A DNA stretch of 64,000 nucleotides, from positions 51,376 to 115,375 of the forward strand of contig CABZHU010000001.1 of NCBI GenBank assembly GCA_902525575.1. Reading direction: 5' to 3'. This stretch comes from an uncultured Pelagibacteraceae bacterium. Lineage in GTDB: Bacteria; Pseudomonadota; Alphaproteobacteria; Pelagibacterales; AG-422-B15. Numbering within the stretch: position 1 is the stretch's first letter; each line of letters begins with the position of its first letter. Shown here piece by piece: positions 1 to 10,035 of the stretch. A model generated the notes under the pieces. It was given only the letters and a program-made list of their open reading frames with translations, was not told where the DNA came from and did no database searches. The position numbers were made by a program, and so were the translations under genes.

Positions 1-1429
1 CTTTTGCCGCCAAGTCTTGAATCCAACCATAAAAAGGCGCATGCCTCATTTCAATTGATACAAAAAGCATTTTGTAAATCGCAAAGAAGAAAGGGATTTG
101 AATCAGTATAGGTAAACATCCTGATATCGGATTCACTTTTTCTTTTTTGTATAATGCCATCAACGCTTGTTGTTGTTGGGTTCTATCATCTTTATAGAGA
201 TCTTTTATTCGAGTCATTTCTGGTTGAAGCATTTTCATTTTTGCCATTGAAACGAATGACCAGTTTGCAAGTGGGAAAAAGACTATTCTTGTTATGACTG
301 TTAGGTAAATAATAGCTAAGCCGAAATTACCTGACAATTGAGAAAAAAAGTAAATAACATTAAACAATGGTTTAGTTAAGAAGTAAAACCAACCCCAATC
401 AATGGCAAGATCAAAATTATAGATGCCATAATCTTCTTTGTATCTATCAATTAATTTAGCTTCTTTGGCTCCAATAAAAATTTGACTATCAACGGTATGC
501 GTTTCACCACCGGGCACATTCGTAGCGTTTAAAGATCTATAATAAGCAATATAGCCATTGTCATACGTATAAATGGCTTTGAAAGATTTTTCTTGATCAG
601 GTATCAATGCAGCCAGCCAGTATTTATCAGTTATACCAACCCAGCCATTATCACTTTCAAAATTAAGTGTTTCTTGATCATCTTTCAAATCACTATAGTC
701 GATAAGTTCAAGTTTTTCTTTGAGAACCCCAAGCAATCCTTCGTGAAGAATAAACATTCCTGATAAAGATGGTGATTGTTTCCGAGTTACTTTGCTTGCA
801 TTGTTAATAACTATATTATCAGTGGAGTTATTGATGACTTTTTGAGTGACATCGAACATGTAATCTTCATCAAGAGTTATGCTTGTGATAAAAGTTTGTC
901 CGGTTTTATTTGACCATTCAAATTCAACTTCATTTGACGTATCTAAAACTGAAACATTATTTTTGATTTCCCACACTGTTTCAGCATTTGGTGTTTCAAA
1001 TGCAGCATCTTGATTTTTTATCCATCCAAAAGTTACTTCGTATCCATCAAAGGTGTCTAAGGGTTGAAGAAGTCTAATGTTTTCTGACTCTTCTTCCTGC
1101 GTTTCATTATATTTCTTTAAAACAATGTCATCGATTTTAAGACCTTTTAAATTAATTGAACCAGAAATACTCTGAGTATTTATATTAACTCTTTGATCTC
1201 TGTTTAGGGCTTCACTCAAATCAATAGTATTCCCATTATCTATGCCAAGTGAGTCTTCAATCTCGGCTATCGCTTCCATGTCTAGTTCGTCTGAGTTAAC
1301 TTCAGATACTTCTTCATCAAGACTAAACTCGTCTAAATTTTGCTGCTCAGGAGCTTCAAAAAAGAAACTCCATATGAAAAGTACTCCAATTGAGAGAATT
1401 ATCGCAAAAATTAAGTTTCTGCTTTCCAT
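1..1429 (-). CDS. yidC: Membrane protein insertase YidC (first 476 codons; 3' end runs off the window)
   Basis: Not in the ORF track because it is open at the window edge. My minus-strand translation from ATG 1429..1427 gives MESRNLIFAIILSIGVLFIW... and ends ...CLPILIQIPFFFAIYKMLFVSIEMRHAPFYGWIQDLAAK, the conserved YidC/Oxa1 core. It follows rpmH-rnpA-yidD in the classic order. Confidence 0.85.
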   Translation of the reverse strand, partial: MESRNLIFAIILSIGVLFIWSFFFEAPEQQNLDEFSLDEEVSEVNSDELDMEAIAEIEDSLGIDNGNTIDLSEALNRDQRVNINTQSISGSINLKGLKIDDIVLKKYNETQEEESENIRLLQPLDTFDGYEVTFGWIKNQDAAFETPNAETVWEIKNNVSVLDTSNEVEFEWSNKTGQTFITSITLDEDYMFDVTQKVINNSTDNIVINNASKVTRKQSPSLSGMFILHEGLLGVLKEKLELIDYSDLKDDQETLNFESDNGWVGITDKYWLAALIPDQEKSFKAIYTYDNGYIAYYRSLNATNVPGGETHTVDSQIFIGAKEAKLIDRYKEDYGIYNFDLAIDWGWFYFLTKPLFNVIYFFSQLSGNFGLAIIYLTVITRIVFFPLANWSFVSMAKMKMLQPEMTRIKDLYKDDRTQQQQALMALYKKEKVNPISGCLPILIQIPFFFAIYKMLFVSIEMRHAPFYGWIQDLAAK

Positions 1430-1669
1430 TTACTTATTTCTTCCCTTCGGTACCGGGTCATATCCCTCAGAGCCACCAAGAAATTTTATCGGATGGCACT
1501 TGCTAATTCTTTTAATTCCAAGGTATGTTCCTTTGAGTGCACCGTGATATTGAATAGCTTCTTTTGTATATTCAGAGCATGTTGGCATAAAACGACATGA
1601 ACTTGGAAAATAAGGTGAGATTAACCTTTGATAAATGGTAATTAAGAATAGAAAAAAATATTTTATCAT
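1430..1669 (-). CDS. yidD: Membrane protein insertion efficiency factor YidD
   Basis: 79 aa. The motif [31 protein letters not shown] is typical of YidD. Its stop abuts the yidC start (TAAATG on the minus strand). Confidence 0.85.
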   Translation of the reverse strand: MIKYFFLFLITIYQRLISPYFPSSCRFMPTCSEYTKEAIQYHGALKGTYLGIKRISKCHPIKFLGGSEGYDPVPKGRNK

Positions 1670-1673
1670 AAAA

Positions 1674-2006
1674 TTATCTGTGTATTTTTTTTAATGCTGT
1701 AAGCATTTCATTTTCTAATTTTTCAAAATCTTCAACCATTGCATTTTTTTTTCCAATGATGACATAATTCCATTTTTTAGTGCCATAGTTCGCTAATACT
1801 GTATTTGCTAGCACTCTTAATCTTCTTTTAATTTTATTACGTACTACGGCATTTCCATTTTGTTTTGAGACGGTATACCCAACCTTAATTTCATTGCTAT
1901 TCTTAACCTCAAATGCTTGTAAAAGAAAGGATCTACTCCGATAAAATAGACCTTTTTTAGCCTCTAGAAAATCCTTAGAGGATTTAAGTGTAGCTAGACT
2001 TTTCAT
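1674..2006 (-). CDS. rnpA: Ribonuclease P protein component
   Basis: 110 aa, basic, with the RNR-like motif [13 protein letters not shown]. It lies between rpmH and yidD. Confidence 0.85.
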   Translation of the reverse strand: MKSLATLKSSKDFLEAKKGLFYRSRSFLLQAFEVKNSNEIKVGYTVSKQNGNAVVRNKIKRRLRVLANTVLANYGTKKWNYVIIGKKNAMVEDFEKLENEMLTALKKIHR

Positions 2007-2020
2007 AATGGAATGATTAT

Positions 2021-2155
2021 TTAGGCTGAAAGAACTTTTCTACCTTTAGAGCGACGTCTAGCCAAGATTATACGACCATCTTTAGTAGCAGACCGGGCTC
2101 TAAAACCGTGTCGTCTTTTCTTTACTAGATTACTGGGCTGAAACGTTCTTTTCAT
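2021..2155 (-). CDS. rpmH: 50S ribosomal protein L34
   Basis: Too short for the ORF track. Hand translation of the minus strand gives [44 protein letters not shown] (44 aa), a textbook L34 sequence. Confidence 0.9.
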   Translation of the reverse strand: MKRTFQPSNLVKKRRHGFRARSATKDGRIILARRRSKGRKVLSA

Positions 2156-2239
2156 AATAAATTAATTAGATTGAATTTGTGAAATGGCTTATAAATTGCA
2201 TTCATTATATAGTCAATTAATATTCATTAATTAAGTTAA

Positions 2240-2929
2240 ATGTTCAAAAACAAGATAATAAACACCATCATTGGCATCTCCTTATTTGTGAGTGTTCTCT
2301 ATTTACTCGGCAAATATAACCCCATATCAATGGAATTTTTAATTAATCAGCATGGTTTAATACAAGATTATATTATTGCAAATCCCGTTTTATCCGTATT
2401 TCTCTGTGCATTGATTATAGCGCTGATGATCTCAATTATGGGACCAATTACACCTGTATGTATTTTAGCAGGTTTCTACTTTGGCATATACATTGGATTG
2501 ATCATTGCAATCATAGGAGAAGTGGTCGGGGCTATGGTTGTATTTGTTTATGCACGGTATTTCTTTAAAGAATATATTCTGAGACAGTTTGGTTCAAGAT
2601 TTGATAAGTTTAAAGAGGGGTTTAATCGCAATGCAATAAGTTATCTTCTTTTTATAAGAGTAATTGGGGGAGTACCTTTTGGAATTCAGAATTTACTTCC
2701 CGCAGTATTGGACATGAAATTAAGAGACTACTTTATTGCAACTATTTTTGGAGTAATCCCCTGGGCATATATTCTTGTTAGTATTGGAAATGGCATTCAA
2801 AATATAGTAGATACACAAAGTTTCTCTAGTGAAGATATTCTTAAAGTAGAGTATTTGCTTCCAGTTCTTTTAATTAGTGTAATTGTTATAATTCCAGTTA
2901 TTTATAAATTTATTAAAAAAAGATTTTAG
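2240..2929 (+). CDS. TVP38/TMEM64 (DedA/VTT-domain) family membrane protein
   Basis: 229 aa and polytopic. The block GEVVGAMVVFVYARYFFKEY...LLFIRVIGGVPFGIQNLLPA resembles the SNARE-associated/VTT domain. Confidence 0.65.
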   Translation: MFKNKIINTIIGISLFVSVLYLLGKYNPISMEFLINQHGLIQDYIIANPVLSVFLCALIIALMISIMGPITPVCILAGFYFGIYIGLIIAIIGEVVGAMVVFVYARYFFKEYILRQFGSRFDKFKEGFNRNAISYLLFIRVIGGVPFGIQNLLPAVLDMKLRDYFIATIFGVIPWAYILVSIGNGIQNIVDTQSFSSEDILKVEYLLPVLLISVIVIIPVIYKFIKKRF

Positions 2930-2967
2930 TTTATTAATAAAAGAGTAGCTTATAAATAATTCTACAT

Positions 2968-3044
2968 GCGCCGGTGGCTCAGCTGGATAGAGCACCAGAC
3001 TACGAATCTGGGGGTCGGGAGTTCGAATCTCTCCCGGCGCGCCA
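2968..3044 (+). tRNA. tRNA-Arg (anticodon ACG)
   Basis: Cloverleaf read by eye. Acceptor stem gcgccgg/ccggcgc, D-arm ctcagctggatagag, anticodon stem ccaga/tctgg with loop ctACGaa, T-arm gggagttcgaatctccc, encoded CCA. 77 nt. Confidence 0.9.
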
Positions 3045-3053
3045 AAAAATATT

Positions 3054-3935
3054 ATGTTTGAAAAACTATCAAATAAACAAAAAGGAACATTACTTGCTTT
3101 TATAGGTGTCATGATTATTACTCCAGATGCGCTTATTATAAGATCTGTGAGTGTTGAGACATGGGATCTTTTATTTTACCGCTCACTTTTACCAGGCCTT
3201 GCTCTCTTAGTGGGATATTTTATTTTTTTTAATCATAGAGCCTTAGATGATTTTATGAGTATTGGTGTGCCAGGCATCATTAACGCATTATTAGTTCTTG
3301 GAGCTAATGTAACTTTCGTGATGGCTCTTGCGAATACAGATGTAGCAAATGCACTTATCATGATTAGTTTGGTACCAATAATTGCTGCAATTTTTTCTTT
3401 TATTTTCTTGCATGAAAAGCCTGAGATAATTACGTGGTTTTGTTCTTTTGGATGCCTATTAGCTGTAATTTTCATTTTTTATGAGTCATATGAACTCAAT
3501 AAATACCTAGGAGACTTCTATGGACTGCTATGCGCAATTTTTGTAGGCGCTAGTCTCACGGTCATGAGAAGGTCACCCAAAATAAATTTTGTACCCTCAT
3601 ATATTTTAGGTAAATTAGCTACTGCTGTACTATCAGCATTTTTTGTCTCGTCATTTTTCATTGAAACTTACGATTTATTATTGATTTCTCTTATGATTAT
3701 AACTGTAGGAGTATCTTTTGTATTTATTAGTATAGCTCCTCAGTATATTAGCTCGCCAGAAGTTGGCATTTTTTTTCTTCTTGAAACTTCGCTGGGTCCT
3801 TTATGGGTATGGCTTTTTATATTTGAAGAACCTACTCAGAAAACCTTGATAGGTGGAATATTAATTATACTTATAGTATTTGGACATTCTTATTACATGA
3901 TTAAAAAAGAAAATATTGATAAAGTACCTCTATGA
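3054..3935 (+). CDS. EamA/DMT-family transporter
   Basis: 293 aa with about 10 hydrophobic segments and a duplicated EamA-like organisation. Confidence 0.65.
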   Translation: MFEKLSNKQKGTLLAFIGVMIITPDALIIRSVSVETWDLLFYRSLLPGLALLVGYFIFFNHRALDDFMSIGVPGIINALLVLGANVTFVMALANTDVANALIMISLVPIIAAIFSFIFLHEKPEIITWFCSFGCLLAVIFIFYESYELNKYLGDFYGLLCAIFVGASLTVMRRSPKINFVPSYILGKLATAVLSAFFVSSFFIETYDLLLISLMIITVGVSFVFISIAPQYISSPEVGIFFLLETSLGPLWVWLFIFEEPTQKTLIGGILIILIVFGHSYYMIKKENIDKVPL

Positions 3936-4996
3936 GAGTTTTAATACTGTTTTCTTTTTTATTAATTTTTTCATGTGCTCAGCCTCAAACAAAGCTTCCA
4001 GAATACAGTACGGTCCTTACCGATAAAGAACGAGACATTCAAAATCAGATGTTCGCAGACTCTTGGTTAAACACTTACATTCCATTTTCTATAATGGGGA
4101 CTGATATTTTGTTTAGTGCTGCAGATCTTTGTGAGGAAGATGACCGCATTTATTCACTTGGTATGAACTTGGGAAATGAAAATTCGGCATATGAGAGTAT
4201 TCGAGAAGAGGTCAATCAATCATTAGGTCTAGGCTCTAAGTTAAAGGTTGTAAGTCTTGGCTCAGTTTCACCAGCTGGTAAAGCTGGAATATTAGCTGGA
4301 GACGAGATTCTTGAAATTGATGGAGAAAAAATCAAACAAGGTAAGGATGCATATTCCTCTTATATCGAGAAGGTAGATAGAAAATATAAAAAATTGTATG
4401 ATTTAAAAATCTTGAGAAATAGTGAGATTATTGATTTTCAAGTTCGAAGTGAGCAGAGATGTAGATTTGATTTTGTGATTGACCTCGATAACAATACATT
4501 TAATGCATTTGCAAATGGCGACATCATGGGTTTTTCACTGAGAATGGCTAAATGGTTAGTGATGAATGAAACAGGTGCAGCAATTGTTTTTGCTCATGAA
4601 CTGGGTCATAACGCAAACAAGCATGTTGCTGATAAAATTGAAAACGCTCAAGCAGGAGCACTTCTTGGTTTACTTCTAGGCATTTATGTTGGTCTCCCTC
4701 AAGATATGATGGAAGTAGGACAGAGTATAGGAGCCTCAGCATATTCAATTGATTATGAGAATGAAGCAGATTACTTGAGTATGTATATTCTTCAGAAAGC
4801 AGGTTATAATCTTGATGACACAGTTGATTTTTGGAGGAGGTTTGCAGTAGAGGTTCCAAATTCAATTTATTCAGAGGGAGGAACTCATCCCTCAACTGCT
4901 GAGAGATATGTTAGAATGGAAGCAACAATAAAGGAAATTAAGAATAAAATAAAAAATAATGAACCGCTAATTCCCAGTTATGAGAAAGCTAATTAA
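3932..4996 (+). CDS. M48-family zinc metalloprotease lipoprotein with PDZ domain
   Basis: Lipobox LLIFSC near the N-terminus. PDZ-like GSVSPAGKAGILAGDEILEIDGEKI. HExxH motif (AHELGHNANKH) plus a downstream ENEADY. Confidence 0.7.
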   Translation: MRVLILFSFLLIFSCAQPQTKLPEYSTVLTDKERDIQNQMFADSWLNTYIPFSIMGTDILFSAADLCEEDDRIYSLGMNLGNENSAYESIREEVNQSLGLGSKLKVVSLGSVSPAGKAGILAGDEILEIDGEKIKQGKDAYSSYIEKVDRKYKKLYDLKILRNSEIIDFQVRSEQRCRFDFVIDLDNNTFNAFANGDIMGFSLRMAKWLVMNETGAAIVFAHELGHNANKHVADKIENAQAGALLGLLLGIYVGLPQDMMEVGQSIGASAYSIDYENEADYLSMYILQKAGYNLDDTVDFWRRFAVEVPNSIYSEGGTHPSTAERYVRMEATIKEIKNKIKNNEPLIPSYEKAN

Positions 4997-5079
4997 AAAA
5001 TGAGTTTAATGAATGCTGTAATATGTGTAATAGTAATTTTATTGGTATTTTCTTTTAGCTTAAGTTTAATTTTAAATTT

Positions 5080-5538
5080 TTAATTACTTATTCTAAACTT
5101 TTTTTTTGCTTTTCTTCTTTCACGTACTTTGCTAAGAGGCTGGTAAGCCTGCTTATAATGTGATTGACAATATACAACTCCTTCTTTGGTGTTCCTGCCA
5201 CAAAACTTAAAATCGATTTCCTCTGGTTCACCTAAGGGCCATCGGCAAAGTCCATCTTTTATATCCTGAAATGCTGTTGGATTCATCGGTTCGTCGATGA
5301 CGGGCGAAATATCTATTATCTTTTGTGCTTGAGAGATATTTACCCTTTTCTTTCTTATAATTGAGATGCCACCATTAGACTTTTTTGATGCCATTCTTCC
5401 TGAGAGTCCAAGTCTATGGGCTTTACCAATTACTGCATTTCTGGTCACTTCTCCAAGTTCAGCCGCAATTCTACTAGCTGTAAGTCCTTCTTCCCACAAT
5501 TGCTTGAGTTTTTCTACTCTTTCATAAGTCCAAGACAT
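5080..5538 (-). CDS. gcrA: Cell-cycle regulator GcrA
   Basis: N-terminus MSWTYERVEKLKQLWEEGLTASRIAAELG..TRNAVIGKAHRLGL and C-terminal CRWPLGEP...FCG are GcrA hallmarks, restricted to alphaproteobacteria. Confidence 0.85.
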   Translation of the reverse strand: MSWTYERVEKLKQLWEEGLTASRIAAELGEVTRNAVIGKAHRLGLSGRMASKKSNGGISIIRKKRVNISQAQKIIDISPVIDEPMNPTAFQDIKDGLCRWPLGEPEEIDFKFCGRNTKEGVVYCQSHYKQAYQPLSKVRERRKAKKKFRISN

Positions 5539-5727
5539 TGTAATCTCCTTATTTATTAAAATCTTACCACTACATTTTGATTAAATTCAATAGAAATATA
5601 CTAAATATTGAATTATTTTAATTTTCTTGTGAGTAGAAATAAATTTTCATTAAATTTCAGGTAAATAGTTATCTTATTGAAATTTAAATATTAATGACAT
5701 TTTACGAAATATATTTAAATAGTCGCT

Positions 5728-6495
5728 ATGAATTACAACCCTATAGGTTTTATCACTCTTTATAAAAAGGAAGTCCAAAGATTTACAAAAATACCTTTGC
5801 AAACAATTGCTGCGCCTGCTTTAACAAGCTTGTTATTTTTAATCATATTCACAACCGCCATTGGCTCCGTAAGGGTAGACTATCCACTAGAAAGTTTTAA
5901 AAATTTTCTTTTTCCCGGACTTATCATGATGACTATCATTCAGAATGCGTTTATGAATAATTCATCATCAATTTTAATGTCAAAGGTACAAGGAAATATT
6001 GTAGATTTGCTTATGCCTCCACTTAGTAACGTTGAAATTATTTTAGCATTCACTCTTGCTGGAATAACTCGTGGTCTTGCTTCAGCTGTAGCGTGTGCTT
6101 TAGTTATGATGCCATTCATTGAGGTTACTATTTATAATTTATGGATTATTTTAATCTTTGCAATTCTAGCATCAGCTATAATGTCATTAATTGGTATGAT
6201 ATCTGGTATCTGGGCTGAAAAATGGGACCATTTAGGTACAGTTGGCAATTTTGTGATCGTACCACTATCTTTTTTATCTGGAACTTTTTATTCAATTACA
6301 GTCCTACCGGATGCAATACAAACGGCAAGTCTCATTAACCCATTCTTTTATATGATAGATGGCTTTAGGTTTGGATTCTTAGGTGCAAGCGACTCTTCAA
6401 TTTTACATGCATTTACTATATTGATTATGGTTCTGATATCTCTAATAGTTATTAATTATTTAATGTTAAAAACTGGTTATAAATTAAGAGCTTAA
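5728..6495 (+). CDS. ABC-2 type transporter permease
   Basis: 255 aa, 6 TM, YadH/NodJ-like layout. No cognate ATPase is adjacent. Confidence 0.6.
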   Translation: MNYNPIGFITLYKKEVQRFTKIPLQTIAAPALTSLLFLIIFTTAIGSVRVDYPLESFKNFLFPGLIMMTIIQNAFMNNSSSILMSKVQGNIVDLLMPPLSNVEIILAFTLAGITRGLASAVACALVMMPFIEVTIYNLWIILIFAILASAIMSLIGMISGIWAEKWDHLGTVGNFVIVPLSFLSGTFYSITVLPDAIQTASLINPFFYMIDGFRFGFLGASDSSILHAFTILIMVLISLIVINYLMLKTGYKLRA

Positions 6496-6496
6496 A

Positions 6497-7666
6497 ATGA
6501 ATAATATATTACCAACATACCCAAGGTCTGAGTTAACGTTTACTCACGGTGAAGGAAGTTATCTATACGAAAAATCAGGTAAAAAATATTTGGACTTTGG
6601 AACAGGTATAGCAGTAAATTCATTAGGGTACTCCCATCCATATTTAAATCAAAAACTAAGGGAACAATCAGAAAAGCTCTGGCACCTTTCAAATGTATAT
6701 CAAATTCCTGAGCAAGAACTATTAGCTTCACGTTTGTGTGAATTATGTTTTGCGGACTATGCGTTCTTTTGCAATTCAGGCACAGAAGCAGTAGAGGCAA
6801 GTATAAAAATTGCTAGAAGATATTTTCATAAAACTAAAAATTCTAAAGCGAAGAAAGAGATTATTAGTTTTAGTGGATCTTTCCATGGAAGAACCATAGG
6901 CGCGCTTGCGGCTCAAGGCCCTGAAAAAATGGAAACATTTAATACAGCTGTGAATGATTTTAAGCTTCTTGAGTTTGGTGATCATGAATTATTAAAGAGT
7001 TCAATTAATGAAAATACTGCAGCGGTAATTATAGAACCCATTCAAGGTGAAGGGGGAGTAAGAGAAGTTCCTCCATTTTGCTTAGATGCGATTAGGAAAT
7101 TATGTGATGAAAATGAAGTTTTGCTTATATTTGATGAAGTGCAATGTGGAATGGGTCGAACAGGAAAAATGTTCGCATATCAGTGGTCAAATATAGAACC
7201 AGATATAATGACTATAGCAAAGGCAATTGGTAACGGTTTTCCAATCGGAGCATGTTTAACTTCTAAAAAGGTCGGTGACGCTATGGAGTTTGGGTCACAC
7301 GGATCTACCTTTGGCGGAAATCCTTTAGCGTGCAGTGTTGGAAATGCTGTGCTAGATTTGATGACTTCTTCTAAATTTTTTAGTGAAGTTATCACAGTCT
7401 CTGAAAAATTATTATTAGATCTTAATAAAGTTGCTAATGATTACCCAGATATTATTGAGGGTATAAGAGGTAAGGGTTTTATTCTAGGATTAAAATGCAA
7501 CATTAATAATGAAGATTTTGTTAAACAAGCACGTAAAAATTACATTTTAACGGTTAAGGCCTCTGATAATGTTGTAAGGCTTCTTCCCCCAATAAATTTA
7601 TCTAATTCAGAATGTGAAGAAGCAATTGATAAAATTAGATCGACTTGCAAAGAGCTATCCTCGTGA
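6497..7666 (+). CDS. argD: Acetylornithine aminotransferase (class III PLP aminotransferase)
   Basis: 389 aa. Motifs FCNSGTEAVEA, FDEVQCGMGRTGK and STFGGNPLA. It sits directly upstream of argF. Confidence 0.85.
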   Translation: MNNILPTYPRSELTFTHGEGSYLYEKSGKKYLDFGTGIAVNSLGYSHPYLNQKLREQSEKLWHLSNVYQIPEQELLASRLCELCFADYAFFCNSGTEAVEASIKIARRYFHKTKNSKAKKEIISFSGSFHGRTIGALAAQGPEKMETFNTAVNDFKLLEFGDHELLKSSINENTAAVIIEPIQGEGGVREVPPFCLDAIRKLCDENEVLLIFDEVQCGMGRTGKMFAYQWSNIEPDIMTIAKAIGNGFPIGACLTSKKVGDAMEFGSHGSTFGGNPLACSVGNAVLDLMTSSKFFSEVITVSEKLLLDLNKVANDYPDIIEGIRGKGFILGLKCNINNEDFVKQARKNYILTVKASDNVVRLLPPINLSNSECEEAIDKIRSTCKELSS

Positions 7667-8571
7667 AAAACTTTATAGATATTAAAGATTTTACCGCTGC
7701 TGAAATTAATGCTGTGCTTAATTCAGCGATAGAAAATAAAAATCACAACTTAAGCTCAGAAGAAATATTGTCGGGAAAAAACCTGATTTTATTTTTTGAG
7801 AAAAATTCGACAAGAACAAGGCTTTCATTTGATCTTGCAGTTAAGCAACTTGGCGGTTCATCAATTATACTCAACGGCTCCGATATACATTTGAGCAGTG
7901 GCAAGGAAAGTCTTTCAGACACAATCAAAACTTTCGGTCTCTATTCTGATGGGGTTGTTATGCGAGTAAATAACCACCAGACCATATTAGACACTATAGA
8001 AGTTTCAAGTGTGCCTGTTATTAATGGACTTTCAAATTTATCTCATCCGTGCCAATGTATGGCGGGTCTAATGACCATCATTGAAGAAAAAGGTTCTTTA
8101 GAAAATTTAAATATTAGTTGGTTTGGCCCTATAACCAATGTAGCGCATTCATGGATTGAAGCTCATTCCAAAAATTTAGGATTTAAATTCAGTATTTTTT
8201 CTCCTGACAGATCGAGAGATTTATATTTATCTAAAATTAGTGATTATAAAGAGAACTTAAATATAGAGAGTATTATTCATAATCAAATTGATGATGAAAT
8301 TTTATCTGTAGCCGATGTAATTATGACAGACACATGGCAGTCTATGGGTGAAGAAACTGATGAACAAGTGATTAGAGAGTTACATGATTATAGAGTTACA
8401 AAATCCTTAATGAGTAAGGCAAAAAAAGATTGTCTGTTTATGCATTGCTTACCAGCAAATAGGGGTCAAGAAGTTGAAGAGCTCGTAATTGATGCAGATA
8501 ACTCAAGAATTTGGCAAGAGGCCTCGAATAGACTCTATGTCCAAAAACAAATCCTTAGAATATTAATATAG
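7645..8571 (+). CDS. argF: Ornithine carbamoyltransferase
   Basis: Motifs STRTRLSF, HPCQ and HCLPANRGQEV. The track start is TTG at 7645. An in-frame GTG at 7663 overlapping the argD stop (GTGA) is an equally plausible start. Confidence 0.85.
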   Translation: MQRAILVKNFIDIKDFTAAEINAVLNSAIENKNHNLSSEEILSGKNLILFFEKNSTRTRLSFDLAVKQLGGSSIILNGSDIHLSSGKESLSDTIKTFGLYSDGVVMRVNNHQTILDTIEVSSVPVINGLSNLSHPCQCMAGLMTIIEEKGSLENLNISWFGPITNVAHSWIEAHSKNLGFKFSIFSPDRSRDLYLSKISDYKENLNIESIIHNQIDDEILSVADVIMTDTWQSMGEETDEQVIRELHDYRVTKSLMSKAKKDCLFMHCLPANRGQEVEELVIDADNSRIWQEASNRLYVQKQILRILI

Positions 8572-10026
8572 TTATTTTTTCCAAAAGGCAGGATGAAGTA
8601 TCACTAGAACAGTAAGAATCTCAAGCCTTCCCAATAGCATTGAAAAAATCAATACCCATTTTGCAAATATGCTAATTTCATTAAAGGAATTTTCAGGACC
8701 AATCATTTCACCAAGACCAGGCCCGACATTTGCAAGTGATGTTGCAGCAGCTGACAAACTCGTCACAAAATCTAGCTCTGTTGTAGAAAGTAATAATGTA
8801 ATAACAATAAAACTCAAAATAAATATAAAGAAAAAACTCATTACTGACGAAGTTACATCTTCTTCAATTTTTTTATGATTATAGTGAGGAACAAAAACTC
8901 CATGAGGATGAAGCAGTTTTTGAATTTGCATTTTTAATGTCTGGAACAAGATTTGGAATCTAAATACTTTTATTCCACATGTTGTTGAACCAGCACAACC
9001 TCCAATAAACATTCCAAAAAATAAAAGATAAATTGGAAAAGGTCCCCATAAATTATAATTATCGGATGTATAACCAGTGCCAGTAATTATAGATATAACA
9101 TTGAATGCTCCACTTCTAATTGACTCTTCAATACCTTTTATATCAGTGAACCATAAATATAATATTACCAACAGAGAGCTAAAAAATATTATTCCAAGAA
9201 ATGTAAGTATCTGTGTGTCTGAAATTATTCTTTTGAAACCATCCTTGAATGCTTCAAGATAAATTAATATTGGAAGACTACTCAGTACCATAAAAATTAT
9301 TGCAATATATTCCAACGACTGACTGTTAAAACTAGCAAATGAATTATTTTGAGTTGAAAATCCACCAGTAGCAATTGTTGTCATTGAGTGAACTAGAGCA
9401 TCAAAGAAGTTCATCCCACCTAACCAATATGCAACTAAGCAAACTAATGTGAGCGTAAAATAAATTATGATAACAGCTGAGGCTATCTGCGTTGTTCTCG
9501 GAAGAATTTTATCTGTTGTATCTGAGTTTTCTGCTCTGAATACCTGCATTCCCCCAACCCGAAGAACAGGCAAAATACTTACAGCCATCACGATAATTCC
9601 AATGCCACCCATCCATTGCAATAAACCTCTCCATATTAACATTCCCTCAGTTAATGACTCAACATTTTGAATAACGCTCGATCCAGTTGTTGTAATTCCC
9701 GACATTGACTCAAATATTGAGTTTGTAATATCCAAACCGTCTTCAGAAAAATAAAAAGGAAAAGCAGCAAATATACTAATTGATAACCAGGATAATGAAG
9801 TAATTAAAAATGCATCCTGCATCAAAATTTTATTATTTTCTTCATTTCGAGTAGATATTAGGAATGTAACACCAAATCCAAATGTTATAATCGCACTCGT
9901 AATAAAAGACTTCCATGTATTATTACCCATTCCAAGATCAATTATCATTGGGATAAGCATTACGAGACTAAGGGCAATTAAAAGATACCCTAATACATTA
10001 AGTATTATCTTAAAATTTATCATCAA
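8572..10026 (-). CDS. trkH: Trk-type potassium uptake protein TrkH
   Basis: 484 aa and polytopic. Repeated pore-loop motifs (TTTGSS, ATGGFS, TGTGYT, SLANVGPGLG) are characteristic of TrkH/KtrB. Confidence 0.85.
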   Translation of the reverse strand: MMINFKIILNVLGYLLIALSLVMLIPMIIDLGMGNNTWKSFITSAIITFGFGVTFLISTRNEENNKILMQDAFLITSLSWLSISIFAAFPFYFSEDGLDITNSIFESMSGITTTGSSVIQNVESLTEGMLIWRGLLQWMGGIGIIVMAVSILPVLRVGGMQVFRAENSDTTDKILPRTTQIASAVIIIYFTLTLVCLVAYWLGGMNFFDALVHSMTTIATGGFSTQNNSFASFNSQSLEYIAIIFMVLSSLPILIYLEAFKDGFKRIISDTQILTFLGIIFFSSLLVILYLWFTDIKGIEESIRSGAFNVISIITGTGYTSDNYNLWGPFPIYLLFFGMFIGGCAGSTTCGIKVFRFQILFQTLKMQIQKLLHPHGVFVPHYNHKKIEEDVTSSVMSFFFIFILSFIVITLLLSTTELDFVTSLSAAATSLANVGPGLGEMIGPENSFNEISIFAKWVLIFSMLLGRLEILTVLVILHPAFWKK

Positions 10027-10035
10027 ATTTAATTA

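Noticed and set aside
1-2239. The rpmH-rnpA-yidD-yidC cluster as a marker of the replication origin.
   Set aside because: No dnaA gene or DnaA-box cluster is adjacent, and in alphaproteobacteria this cluster is not reliably origin-linked.
2968-3044. tRNA-Arg as a genomic-island integration site.
   Set aside because: There is no integrase, no direct repeat of the tRNA 3' end and no compositional break nearby. The flanking genes are ordinary membrane proteins.
2870-3112. 80-aa minus-strand ORF.
   Set aside because: It runs straight through the tRNA-Arg gene (2968..3044) and the ends of two real genes, so it is spurious.
5539-5727. CtrA boxes (TTAA-N7-TTAA), CcrM GANTC sites or an ncRNA in the 189-nt gcrA upstream region.
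   Set aside because: There is no exact TTAA-N7-TTAA and no GANTC. The region is almost pure A/T with no stable helices, and near-matches are expected by chance at this composition.
5728-6495. The orphan ABC-2 permease without an adjacent ATPase as an unusual system.
   Set aside because: A partner ATPase may be encoded elsewhere, and nothing in the sequence itself is atypical.
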